Assembly: GCA_020057015.1 (NCBI GenBank)
Contig: JAGVGS010000126.1
Span: 1-42,241, forward strand
Reading direction: 5' to 3'
Source: Candidatus Omnitrophota bacterium
GTDB taxonomy: Bacteria; Omnitrophota; Gorgyraeia; Aquiviventales; Aquiviventaceae
Length of the DNA stretch: 42,241 nt
Position 1 is the stretch's first letter. Each line of letters starts with the position of its first letter. A program made the translations under genes and the position numbers. Positions 8,885 through 18,555 of this stretch are shown one piece after another. The notes under the pieces are model-generated. The model saw nothing but the letters and a program-made list of their open reading frames with translations, had not been told where the DNA came from and searched no databases.

Positions 8885-10314
8885 CGATGCGGCCCACCCC
8901 CATTGTCCTCATCTTCATCTCCGCGACGTATCGCAGCCACCGTCGCTTGCCGTTCATGTTCGCCAAGCCGACAAATGGTGTAGCGGTATTTTCCGGATGC
9001 CGAAAGTGGAATCGCATCAACCAGACAAACATCGACGCGACAATCCGGCCCCATGACTCGAAGTACCGCTTCTGATAATTCTCGCAACTGGGTTTCGCTC
9101 GGACGTGACCCGCGCGGGACAAGCTTGAGCTCAACCCGATCGATCGCCTCTTGCACCAGTTGGGTCTTCGCGACCCACCCCTTATTCAGCACGACTCCAA
9201 GAAAATGGATAAAATATTCGGCCGGTATGACGGTACCATCGCTGCGGCGGAAACAATCCATCGAGCGGCCGGTCACATGATCAAGCAGCGCGAGCCCACG
9301 GCCGCAACTGCACGTTTGTGGGCTGAGCACGCCGCGGTCGCCGATTCGATAGCGGATTAACGGCATGGCAAAATTCGCCAGCGAGGTGACGACGATCTCT
9401 CCTTCCATCCCTGGAGGACACGGCGCACCGTCGTCATCAAGCACCTCCACGATCATGGTTTCCATGTTAATGTGTAGCCCCTCATGCTGTCCGCACTCCG
9501 TCGCAATGCAGGACACCTCGCGCGAACCATACTGATCAAAAACCGGACAGCCAAACGTGCGTTCGATCTGCGCCCGAATGGCCGGATAGAGCGTGCCGGA
9601 AGTGCTGACCACCGCGCGCTGTGGCGGCAGCGATACACCGGCCTGCTGGGCATAGCGAGCCAACTCGTAGACCGCGTGCGCATAGCCGTAAAGCACCGCG
9701 GGGCCGGCGCGGCGAATCGCCTGGATATAGGCCTGCATCCGCTGCGGCGTAAGCCGGAAGGCGTTGAGCGTCACGCGATTGTTGATCCACCCCGTCAGCG
9801 TGCCTTTCCAGCCTATGCTGCCGTGCAGGATGTCGCGCTCCGAACCCCATACCCTGATCAAGCGCTCGCCCGGCCTCCAACCGCTCCATTCAAACTCTAC
9901 GAGCTTCTTGGCTTCGGAATGGATCCGATAATGCGCATCCTGGATCACGGTGACCGGTTCGCCCGTCGATCCACCTGAACGGTTGGTATACCATCGGCGC
10001 AACGCCAGGTCGTCGGACTTCAGCTCCTCGAACTGCTCACTAAGAATCGCTTTGGTCAGCACCGGCAGCTTGTTCAGTCTGACGTCCTCCGGACTGTGGG
10101 CTCCGGAGGCTTCAAACTGCCGCCGATAGTAGGGAACATGGTGCCAGCAGTGCTCGAATAGGGCCCGAAGCCGCTCATGCTGGTACGCTTCCAGGACATC
10201 CTGCGGCTGCCACTGCATCCTCCGGTAAACAGCAGCCTGTCGATCAATGACCGGATACGGTGTCCGAAGTCGGCGTGCGGTGAGCGCTATACGTGAGCGC
10301 ACCCATTCAGTCAT
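8881..10314 (-). CDS. CapK / phenylacetate-CoA ligase (F390 synthetase)-like adenylate-forming enzyme
   Basis: 477 aa. YTNRSGGSTGEPVTV adenylation P-loop, with length and architecture typical of PaaK/CapK proteins in capsule loci. ATG at 10314. Confidence 0.8.
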   Translation of the reverse strand: MTEWVRSRIALTARRLRTPYPVIDRQAAVYRRMQWQPQDVLEAYQHERLRALFEHCWHHVPYYRRQFEASGAHSPEDVRLNKLPVLTKAILSEQFEELKSDDLALRRWYTNRSGGSTGEPVTVIQDAHYRIHSEAKKLVEFEWSGWRPGERLIRVWGSERDILHGSIGWKGTLTGWINNRVTLNAFRLTPQRMQAYIQAIRRAGPAVLYGYAHAVYELARYAQQAGVSLPPQRAVVSTSGTLYPAIRAQIERTFGCPVFDQYGSREVSCIATECGQHEGLHINMETMIVEVLDDDGAPCPPGMEGEIVVTSLANFAMPLIRYRIGDRGVLSPQTCSCGRGLALLDHVTGRSMDCFRRSDGTVIPAEYFIHFLGVVLNKGWVAKTQLVQEAIDRVELKLVPRGSRPSETQLRELSEAVLRVMGPDCRVDVCLVDAIPLSASGKYRYTICRLGEHERQATVAAIRRGDEDEDNGGGPHR

Positions 10315-10322
10315 GGGATTGG

Positions 10323-12263
10323 TTACCGTCTGACCGTCTCAGCTAAGCCGATGCGGGATGTTTCCATCTGCGCCATCGGCTGGTACAACATCGTCCGCAT
10401 CCACACTCCCAGTGCGGTCATAATCCATCGCAGGCGTGTGCGGCTCTCCGAGACATCGCTGTGGTCAGTCAGCAAACGGTCAAGCTCAGCGTGATCGAAC
10501 AATCCCGAGGCTCGCAGCACATCCCAGGCTGGTTCCATCACACCTCGAAATGCTCCAGATGCAAACCACTCCTGCAGCGGCAGCCCGAACCCGCTCTTGG
10601 CCCGATACGCCAGCGCCGACCCGAACCGTCGAGCCGCCAGCCGCTTGAGAATGACCTTCGTTCCCAGCCTCGTCCATCCGGTCAACGCCGCTCCTGAATC
10701 AATTTTGAGCCGCGTGGGCAGCGTCTTCGCAAACTCCACCACGCGGTGATCCAAAAACGGCACGCGGTTCTCGATACTGCGCGCCATCGACATGCGGTCC
10801 TGTCGCATGAGCGCATCGACCAGGAACGTGCGTTGCTCGTAGGTTATCAATCGCTCGAGCGGATCAGACTCCGACGCCGACTCCCACAAGGCCCGGCGCG
10901 TTTCCAAGGCCTTCGGCATGGAGAATGCCGGATAGAGCCGGCTGACCTGTTCGGGATCACCAAATGCCGAGAGCCCGATCAGCATGCCATCGTGGTCTCT
11001 GAACGGTGCCAGCCGCGGTCGCAAACGGCGCCAAATCGCCGTTCCACCAGGATACCGTCCTAATTGAATAAGCCGCGCGGCCGTCGCGAACCGTTGGTAG
11101 CCGCCAAAGACTTCGTCGGCGCCTTCACCGCTGAGCAGCACCGTCACGTAGCTTCTGGCCAGACCGGACAAGCGCAAGATGCCGAGGCTGTTCGGATGGT
11201 TCAACGGCAGGTCATGATGCCACGTCGCGTCCTCAAACATCTCGGCCGAGCATGCAGCATCCAGAACCGTTTTATGCCCAACCAGACCCAGCGCCGTTGT
11301 AACCATATCGATCTGCGGCTCTTCGCTGTATGTAGCTTCGCGAAAGATCACCGAGATGGCATCGAACAAACCGGGATGCTCGCGCACCGCCCACGCGCTG
11401 ATCAGCGATGAATCGATTCCCCCGGAGAGCTGACAGCCAACCTTGACATCGCTGATAAGTTGATAACGAATGCTCGAGCGCATGAGCGACTCCAGCGCCA
11501 CCTCATTCTCCGCCGGGCCACGCGACAATGGGGCATAGGACGGAATCTGCCAATATCGGATCGTTCGGATCTGACCGTCCTGTATGGTCATATGCGTTCC
11601 TGGTTCAACAGCGCGCACGCCAGCCCACAACGATTCGGGTTCCGCCACATAGCGAAAAAGTAAATATTCACTTAACCGATCGACATTGAGCGCCCGCGTG
11701 AAGGATGGGTGACATAAGAATGCTTTAATCTCGCTCGCATAGAGCACCACCCTGCCTCGGACATAATAATACAAAGGCTTGATTCCTAGGCGGTCACGCG
11801 CCAGCCAAACCGCGCCAGTCTGTGCGTCGAGCACAGCAATGGCAAACATGCCGTTAAGCTTCGAAAGCATAGCTGGCCCTTCCCGTTCATACAACACCAG
11901 GGCCACTTCCGTGTCGGACTGGCTCTGAAAACATATCCCCTCGTTGATCAGCGATGCCCGCAGTTCGCGGTAATTATAAATCTCGCCATTGAGCATCATG
12001 GCGAATCGCCCTGACGAACTGATCATCGGTTGCCGGCCGTGCTCTGACAAGTCCAGAATACTGAGTCGACGAAAGCCCATCGCCGCAGGATATCGATCCG
12101 CCACCTCACCGTTTGATGGCCAGCCAATGAATGCCTTCGCATCGGGCTGGAGGAAGACAAATCCTTCATCATCCGGCCCTCGATGGGTGAGCGCCCTCGT
12201 CATCGTAGCCAACACGTCTGGCCGCACGCCTCCGTTATCCAACACTCCGACCAGTCCGCACAT
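10323..12263 (-). CDS. asnB: Asparagine synthase (glutamine-hydrolysing) family amidotransferase
   Basis: 646 aa. Starts MCGLVG (Cys2 Ntn nucleophile). The GATase domain is followed by SGGIDSS, the PP-loop of the synthetase domain. Confidence 0.9.
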   Translation of the reverse strand: MCGLVGVLDNGGVRPDVLATMTRALTHRGPDDEGFVFLQPDAKAFIGWPSNGEVADRYPAAMGFRRLSILDLSEHGRQPMISSSGRFAMMLNGEIYNYRELRASLINEGICFQSQSDTEVALVLYEREGPAMLSKLNGMFAIAVLDAQTGAVWLARDRLGIKPLYYYVRGRVVLYASEIKAFLCHPSFTRALNVDRLSEYLLFRYVAEPESLWAGVRAVEPGTHMTIQDGQIRTIRYWQIPSYAPLSRGPAENEVALESLMRSSIRYQLISDVKVGCQLSGGIDSSLISAWAVREHPGLFDAISVIFREATYSEEPQIDMVTTALGLVGHKTVLDAACSAEMFEDATWHHDLPLNHPNSLGILRLSGLARSYVTVLLSGEGADEVFGGYQRFATAARLIQLGRYPGGTAIWRRLRPRLAPFRDHDGMLIGLSAFGDPEQVSRLYPAFSMPKALETRRALWESASESDPLERLITYEQRTFLVDALMRQDRMSMARSIENRVPFLDHRVVEFAKTLPTRLKIDSGAALTGWTRLGTKVILKRLAARRFGSALAYRAKSGFGLPLQEWFASGAFRGVMEPAWDVLRASGLFDHAELDRLLTDHSDVSESRTRLRWIMTALGVWMRTMLYQPMAQMETSRIGLAETVRR

Positions 12264-12266
12264 CGT

Positions 12267-14090
12267 TCACACGTCCTTCGCCGCTGAAGCGTCCGCCGTC
12301 TCGCGACCCATTTGCTGATACCGCGACAACTGCGCGAACCGGGAATCTGGGCTGGCAAGCAGCTGCTCGTATGTGCCTTCCTCAATAATCCGACCCTTGC
12401 TAAGAACGTACAGATAATCACATGTCCTAATTGTGGAAAGTCGATGCGCCACCACCACAAGCGTCATGCGACCCCGCAGGCGCTCAAACTGTTGCTGCAA
12501 TCTGGCTTCGGTATCATAATCAAGCGCACTCGTCGCCTCATCAAGGATCAATAACTCCGGTGTTCTGAACAGCTCACGCGCGATGGCCAACCGTTGCCGT
12601 TGTCCGCCGGAGAGCTTCACCCCACGATCTCCCACTGGCGCATTGAGCTGAAGGGAATGGGTCTGCAATACATCCTCTAGCAGCGATGCGGCCACGGCCA
12701 TATCAAGCCTTTTCCGGCACTCGGCATCCCGCGTCTCATCGCAGGCCCACAGCGTGATGTTCCTTGCCAGGGTGTCTTGGAACACAACATTGTCTTGCGC
12801 CACGAATCCGATGCGACGCCGCCAGATCGGTAAGTTCAGCTCGCTATACGGCATACCGTCGAGCAAGACCTGGCCCGCACTTGGCCGGCGCACGCCAGTG
12901 ATCAAGTCGAGCAGTGTCGACTTCCCTGACCCAGACTCCCCGACGATCGCGACGATCTGCCCTTTCGGAATCCTCAGACTCACGCGATCGAGGATCGTGG
13001 TGCCGTCCAATGCCACAGACACACCCTGCAGAGTAATCGCATCACGAAACGAACCGGGCTCGCGATGACCAAGCGGCTCCGTGTGCGCCTGGGCATCCCG
13101 CAGCGTCTCATCAAACATCCGGATACTGCCAGTGCTCCCGCAAAAGGTCTGCCACCCGTTCTGCACTGCCAGCAGCTTTTGCAGGATGCGATAAAAAATG
13201 AGCAGCGTCACCAACAGCTCTGCCATCGGGCGGTGAAGCACCGCCACCTGGTAGACCAGCAGCCCCATCACGATCATGCCTGCGATCGGTTCGCTGAACG
13301 CTCGCAACAGCCCGGCCAAGCTGCTCAGCCGAAACTGATACCCGGCCAGGCGTTCGATGCGCTGCTCCAGCGCGGCCTGGACTGCCGGCATGGTATGCGT
13401 CGCCCTGAGGTATTTGAAGAAATGGAAGAACTGGATGAGCTGCTGCTGGAAGACTGCGTTGCCCTCGGACGTAAGCTGCGAAAACCGTCTCGATATGTCA
13501 GCCAGCCACCGCATGGCCACCGCCAACAGCGCTCCTGCCGCCGCTGCGATCAGCCAGAGCCTCCAATCGAGCACCACCGAGGCCATAACGTACACGCTCA
13601 AGTACAGAAGCCCTGACATGATCCCGGTGAACTGGCCGAACGCGCTAACCGTTACCTCAATTTCCCGTGTCATGACATTGCTGAGGTAGCCTGTGTCGCG
13701 TTCAATCGAATGTTGGTAATCGATCGACGCGTAGGCCACCATCAAGCGCCGCCGCAACTCCCGCAGCAGCCGAGCCATCAGATAGCCGTTCAGGATTTCC
13801 TGCACGCATTTGACGGCGGCTACAGCGCTCAACATCCCGAGAATGAACCACGCGATGCCGGTCAGTGTCGTGCCGACCCCAAGCCGATCGAGCAGGCTGT
13901 ACAACAACCGGCTCAGCATGGAGCCCGTGGCACCTTGCCCACCCGCCATTTGATCAAGAAATGGAAGGAATAGAGTGATGCCGATACCTTCACACAGTCC
14001 GCCAACTGTCGCGATCACAATGAACAGCGGCAGCAGTCGACCGGTGTAGCGGTAAAACACTCGCAGGTATCTCACAAACGATGAAATCAT
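12267..14090 (-). CDS. ABC exporter half-transporter (fused TMD-NBD, MsbA/PglK-like)
   Basis: 607 aa. N-terminal ~300 aa hydrophobic six-helix domain, Walker A GESGSGKST, signature LSGGQRQRLAIAR, Walker B LLILDEATSALD. ATGA overlap at 14087-14090. Confidence 0.9.
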   Translation of the reverse strand: MISSFVRYLRVFYRYTGRLLPLFIVIATVGGLCEGIGITLFLPFLDQMAGGQGATGSMLSRLLYSLLDRLGVGTTLTGIAWFILGMLSAVAAVKCVQEILNGYLMARLLRELRRRLMVAYASIDYQHSIERDTGYLSNVMTREIEVTVSAFGQFTGIMSGLLYLSVYVMASVVLDWRLWLIAAAAGALLAVAMRWLADISRRFSQLTSEGNAVFQQQLIQFFHFFKYLRATHTMPAVQAALEQRIERLAGYQFRLSSLAGLLRAFSEPIAGMIVMGLLVYQVAVLHRPMAELLVTLLIFYRILQKLLAVQNGWQTFCGSTGSIRMFDETLRDAQAHTEPLGHREPGSFRDAITLQGVSVALDGTTILDRVSLRIPKGQIVAIVGESGSGKSTLLDLITGVRRPSAGQVLLDGMPYSELNLPIWRRRIGFVAQDNVVFQDTLARNITLWACDETRDAECRKRLDMAVAASLLEDVLQTHSLQLNAPVGDRGVKLSGGQRQRLAIARELFRTPELLILDEATSALDYDTEARLQQQFERLRGRMTLVVVAHRLSTIRTCDYLYVLSKGRIIEEGTYEQLLASPDSRFAQLSRYQQMGRETADASAAKDV

Positions 14091-15676
14091 GACCGCCTCT
14101 CGAGCGTCGTCGCGCGTGGCATCTTTCGAATCACTGAGGACACTTCGTCAAGAACTGTCTCCTCACGCAGTTGCGCCGACTCATAATCACCACGCAAGCA
14201 GAACGCCCGGACGAACGCATTGGTCTTGGGCTCATGCGCCCGAGCCTCGAGTTGCTCGCGCAATCCGGACGGATGAGCCGGATCCACGTCGACCCAAACA
14301 CAGCGCTCGCGAATGGCCGCCGCCCCGTGCTCTGTAAAATTCCGCAGCCCGATGTGGAAATAGACGACTGGCTTGTCTGTCGCCATGGCGATACATGATG
14401 CCCCAGAAATGATGTCGAAGACAAACACGTCGGCTTGATCCAGACAGTTCTCCAGCCAGCCGGTCAGCACTCGACCGGTGTTTCTGGAAGCAAGCGCCGG
14501 ATGGCAGCGCTCCTTTGGATGCCGCTTGAGAATAAGGTTGGGAAACGCCTCAAAGAGCGCCTCCTGCCACCTGAAGTAAGCTTGGTCGGCCCACACGTGG
14601 AAGGGTCCATATCGCTGTTGGCCGTAGAACTGACTCGGAACATACATGAACGTCTTGCCTTCTAGATTCCCAAGCGTCTTGATCGGCGCGCCCGTGTGTT
14701 GCGCGCGGATGAAATTCGAATCGCTGCATACATAGCGCGGCGCGTCATAAAGAGGCCTTCGGTATTGGGCGTTATCAGGCACGTGACGGCCAGCTTCACC
14801 GTAACCGATGAACACATTGGGATACGTTCGCTCGCCATAACCAAACACGGGTTCGTCATGGGCGGATTCAATGCCATCTCCATGAGACACGCTCACGACA
14901 GGCACCTGATGGTAGCGTGCGAGGGCTGCCATGAACCGGTACTCGAGTGCCAAGAGCGTCCCGCTCAGCACAACGTCATATCGGAAGGGGCCAGGTAGAC
15001 CGTCGGAGGACCGCGCGAACACGTGCTGGCGCACCAGCTCCGCAGGCGTGCGTGGATCCCCTGGAAGCTCCAGCATATCCCACAGCTTCAGCACGCACAT
15101 CTGCAACTCATTCAACTGCGCATCCCGGTCAGGAATTGGAATCCTGGTTAGTGTGCGATAGTCAGCCCATAACCCCGCTGCCGTGAATCCACGGCTCAAG
15201 AGCTTTGGGCAAACGCCGGGGCCTTTCACCCAAATCCGCTTCGCGCCTCGAAACAAATGGCCTGCCCTGATCATGTCGCCGGTTGAAAGCATGGTCCGTT
15301 TATATTCCGAGAGCTTCCAGCGGATGCCGTGCCGGTCCATCGCCACGCGGAAATCCTTCCGATCTAGCGCGATGCCGTCTAGGAGATCGCGGTAGCTGGT
15401 ATATGGGAAGGAGGTGAGTGCGGGCGGCAGCATATCGGCTGGTGGCGCGTACGGACCTTGGAGCTCGTTCCATAACAAGATGTAACCGGTCAAAATCCGC
15501 ATGAGGTCGTGGAAGAAGATCGCCGTGACGTTGAGGTATGGCGCGGCGTGCGACTCGCACCGTCGAAACGCGTCCAGCAGCGCCTCGTAGGCCACCAGGC
15601 ACTGCGCGTTGTCGCGCTCGATGGAGGCGTTCCCGACGCCCTCGACGGTCTTGGATCCAATTACCACGCGGTCCAT
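14087..15676 (-). CDS. Second, more diverged TagF/SpsB-like GT-B transferase
   Basis: Shows the same ordered motifs as the 5994-8135 protein: VSVSHGDGIES, TFMYVPSQFYGQQR, LILKRHPKE and ADVFVFDIISGASCIAMATDKPVVYFH. The start is uncertain: ATG 15676, GTG 15667 (GGAGG 9 nt upstream), or the track start 15712. Confidence 0.55.
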   Translation of the reverse strand: MDRVVIGSKTVEGVGNASIERDNAQCLVAYEALLDAFRRCESHAAPYLNVTAIFFHDLMRILTGYILLWNELQGPYAPPADMLPPALTSFPYTSYRDLLDGIALDRKDFRVAMDRHGIRWKLSEYKRTMLSTGDMIRAGHLFRGAKRIWVKGPGVCPKLLSRGFTAAGLWADYRTLTRIPIPDRDAQLNELQMCVLKLWDMLELPGDPRTPAELVRQHVFARSSDGLPGPFRYDVVLSGTLLALEYRFMAALARYHQVPVVSVSHGDGIESAHDEPVFGYGERTYPNVFIGYGEAGRHVPDNAQYRRPLYDAPRYVCSDSNFIRAQHTGAPIKTLGNLEGKTFMYVPSQFYGQQRYGPFHVWADQAYFRWQEALFEAFPNLILKRHPKERCHPALASRNTGRVLTGWLENCLDQADVFVFDIISGASCIAMATDKPVVYFHIGLRNFTEHGAAAIRERCVWVDVDPAHPSGLREQLEARAHEPKTNAFVRAFCLRGDYESAQLREETVLDEVSSVIRKMPRATTLERRS

Positions 15677-16518
15677 CCTCCATCTACGATCATGTTGGTG
15701 CCGGTTACCCACTGCGATGCGTCGGACACGAGGTACAGTACAGCGCTGCCTAAATCATCCACGGTCGCCATGCGCTTGAGCATTGTCCGATAGGTATAGT
15801 TCTCCACGAACTCCGGCGCCTGATTATTGTAGACCCCGCCCGGTGAAAGACAATTGACCCGGATGTTCTTGCCCTGCCAGTACGAGGCCAGATAGCGCGT
15901 GAAGTTGATCAGGCCGCTCTTCGTCGTCGCGTAGGCGATGCTGGAGTTGATCTTGGAATTGCCGTAAATCCGTTGGTCACAGGCCACCACACCGTAGACT
16001 GAGCCGATATTGAGAATGACTCCGCTGCCCTGCTTCACCATCTGACGGCCCACAGCCTGACAACAGAGGAAAGCACCGGTTAGGTTTACGTCCAAGTTGG
16101 CCTGCCATACCTCCAGCGGGAACTCCTCGAACTCGCAAAGGCTGCCACTGAACACTGTCAACTGCTGGGCAGCCGCGTTGTTGATGAGCACGTCGATGCG
16201 GCCGTAGCGCTTGACGACCGACGCCACCGTCTCGGCAACCTGCGGCTTCTTGCTGATATCTACCCCAAAGCCCATCGGCTTGGTCTGGAACCGGTCGCCA
16301 AGGCCGCGCGCCAACGACTCACAGACAGCGGCATCAAGGTCGAAGAGCACGACGTTCGCGCCGACCTCGCTGAGGACCTCGCTGTAATAGCGTCCAAGTC
16401 GTCCGGCTCCGCCCGTCAGGATGACCGTGCGACCCTTCATGTCATACCACCGACGTAATCGTTCCAAGCGATCGGCTGCGTAGGTAGCGACTGCCGTTGG
16501 CAATTCATGCGACGCCAT
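15661..16518 (-). CDS. Short-chain dehydrogenase/reductase (SDR)
   Basis: VILTGGAGRLG cofactor motif and catalytic YATTK (YxxxK). Start re-called to ATG 16518 (MASHEL) because AAGGAG lies 8 nt upstream. The track start 16542 would overlap the upstream gene by 38 nt. Confidence 0.85.
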   Translation of the reverse strand: MASHELPTAVATYAADRLERLRRWYDMKGRTVILTGGAGRLGRYYSEVLSEVGANVVLFDLDAAVCESLARGLGDRFQTKPMGFGVDISKKPQVAETVASVVKRYGRIDVLINNAAAQQLTVFSGSLCEFEEFPLEVWQANLDVNLTGAFLCCQAVGRQMVKQGSGVILNIGSVYGVVACDQRIYGNSKINSSIAYATTKSGLINFTRYLASYWQGKNIRVNCLSPGGVYNNQAPEFVENYTYRTMLKRMATVDDLGSAVLYLVSDASQWVTGTNMIVDGGWTAW

Positions 16519-17572
16519 GGCGCATACTCCTTCTTGGTTCATGGCTTGGGAGAGGGGGCTCCGGCTGTAAGTGAGTTGCTACGTGCACACGCCGTCCAGT
16601 TGCTGAGGATTTCAGAGCAGCCAACCCAGCCCTCAACACATGGAGGCCGGTGGCGAGATCAGTCAGCGGCAGTTCACGACGCTCCGCCACTCGAATTAGG
16701 TGCCGAAGTTCATCGAGGTAGGTCTGATTGATATCGTAGTTGCATAACACCACAAGATCCTCCCACTCTTTGCGCGCAGGCCGGTAGATGCGGACGCGGT
16801 CTCCGAGCAGCTCCCACTCGATTGTCCCCTCGCGCCCCGCAACCTGGAGACTGCGGCGGTAGGTGCGCTGCACGAAATCGAGCTCAATTTCCGAGAGCAT
16901 GCCGCCGGCATGTTCCAGCACCATCATCGCCACGTCTTCGACGTCGAGGCCGAAGGCCCGGCTGCGCGCGACCGCCGTGACCGAGGCGATCGGCCCAAAC
17001 AGCCAGAACGCGTGGTCGAGCTCATGGATGCTGGTCAGCACCACGCCGCCGCCGAGATCATTGCGCGCCTCGTAGCGCGTCTTGAAATCCGCCCACGCAT
17101 GGCAGGTGGGTAAGTATTCGCCGAACTGCATGCGGCTATACAAGGCCTCGCCGATGTCGCCCCGCTGCAGCGCTTGGCGGATCGCAACCAGGGCAGGATG
17201 GAATCGGAGGTTGTGGCCCAACAGCACCTGCGCTCCGGTTTCCTGCGCGCGCTGCATCAACAACTCAAGCCCGTCTGTTCGATGCGCCAATGGAACCTCA
17301 ACCAGGACCGCCGCGCCGATCTCCACGGCCCGGGTCAGCGGCTCCATATGCAGCGCCGTCGGCGTACCGATGATCACGATGGCCGGGTTGCGAGCGAACG
17401 CTTCGTCAGGATCGGTAATAGTCGTGAACTCATCACCCAGTAGCGTCCGAGGCAGCCGCGCGTTGCGGCGCAACACAGAAATATTCCGGTGGCCCATCGC
17501 GAGGAGATTGCGCACATGCCGCTCACCAATCGAACCTAGCCCAATCACTAAGACTTCCCCATCAAACGGCAT
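16505..17572 (-). CDS. Gfo/Idh/MocA-family NAD(P)-dependent oxidoreductase
   Basis: VLVIGLGSIGERHVRNLLAMGH N-terminal Rossmann motif. The ATG at 17572 overlaps the upstream TGA by 1 nt (TGATG). Confidence 0.85.
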   Translation of the reverse strand: MPFDGEVLVIGLGSIGERHVRNLLAMGHRNISVLRRNARLPRTLLGDEFTTITDPDEAFARNPAIVIIGTPTALHMEPLTRAVEIGAAVLVEVPLAHRTDGLELLMQRAQETGAQVLLGHNLRFHPALVAIRQALQRGDIGEALYSRMQFGEYLPTCHAWADFKTRYEARNDLGGGVVLTSIHELDHAFWLFGPIASVTAVARSRAFGLDVEDVAMMVLEHAGGMLSEIELDFVQRTYRRSLQVAGREGTIEWELLGDRVRIYRPARKEWEDLVVLCNYDINQTYLDELRHLIRVAERRELPLTDLATGLHVLRAGLAALKSSATGRRVHVATHLQPEPPLPSHEPRRSMRHGVA

Positions 17573-18555
17573 CAATACTCCCGTACGCGAAACGTGGCAA
17601 AGAGGATGTCGCCAGCACAGACCCGATCCAGCAGGCGCAAGAGACCGATGTATCCGGCCCGCAGCCAGACCGAGGAGGCAACGGCGCGGGCGATCGACCG
17701 CTCCAGCTGCACCAATCGCGTCGGCAACAGCGGCACCTTGCCGCGAATCGTCATCGTGCCCGTCGCCCAGCGGCCAAGCTCGAGCCCCACCCGCTGACCG
17801 AGCGCACGCAGCGTCCGGATATCATAGTGATATAGATGCCCCGGCTCCAGGAACATATCCCAGTCATGCCGGCTCAGCCGCGACATCCAACGGTTCAAAC
17901 TGGCCACATTCGGCACGCCGATCAGCAGCTCTCCGGACGGTGCGAGGCAGCGGACAGCTTCACTGAGCACCGCGGTCGGATCCGGCAGATGCTCGACAAC
18001 ACCAAGCAGCGCGATCACGGCGAACCGCTCATCCGAAGGCAGTTCGCCGAGCATCCCGACGCGCACATCCAGACCAAGTTCGGCGCGCGCAAACGCAACT
18101 GCTCGAGAATCCAGATCGATGCCGGTCACGCGATATCCTCGCAGTTGCGCCCGGAACAGAAACTGCCCGGCGCCGCATCCGACGTCCAGTAGGCGAGCCG
18201 GAGGCTGCACACGCAGCAACGACAGCTCATCACAACTGGATGCCGGGCGCGTGCCGGCTAACCGCACCTTGCTGGCCGAGGCCTCGAAGCACACAGAGGC
18301 GGCGGTGTAGAGCTCATCCGGTGAGCGGCCATCTGAGACGGCCACGGTTCGCAGCAGTCCACAGGTTCGACACTGCTCGATGCGCACCTGCACGCGCAGT
18401 CCGCGGTCGAGCCCATCCGGAACCGTGTCGAGCGCAGAATCGACGCTCCGGCAGAGACGAAACCCCGCCTCCGCCGCTTGGCAGACCGGGCAGACCGCGA
18501 CGATGGCCGCCTGCGCTCCGTCCGGCTGACGATCAGTCGTCAGCGTTGCCGTCAT
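17572..18555 (-). CDS. Class I SAM-dependent methyltransferase with N-terminal Cys4 zinc-ribbon
   Basis: CPVCQ...CRTCG pair, followed by motif I LLDVGCGAGQFL. Start re-called to ATG 18555 (MTATLTTD), which forms an ATGA overlap with the stop of the upstream fusion gene. The track start 18699 would overlap that gene by 148 nt. Confidence 0.8.
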   Translation of the reverse strand: MTATLTTDRQPDGAQAAIVAVCPVCQAAEAGFRLCRSVDSALDTVPDGLDRGLRVQVRIEQCRTCGLLRTVAVSDGRSPDELYTAASVCFEASASKVRLAGTRPASSCDELSLLRVQPPARLLDVGCGAGQFLFRAQLRGYRVTGIDLDSRAVAFARAELGLDVRVGMLGELPSDERFAVIALLGVVEHLPDPTAVLSEAVRCLAPSGELLIGVPNVASLNRWMSRLSRHDWDMFLEPGHLYHYDIRTLRALGQRVGLELGRWATGTMTIRGKVPLLPTRLVQLERSIARAVASSVWLRAGYIGLLRLLDRVCAGDILFATFRVREY

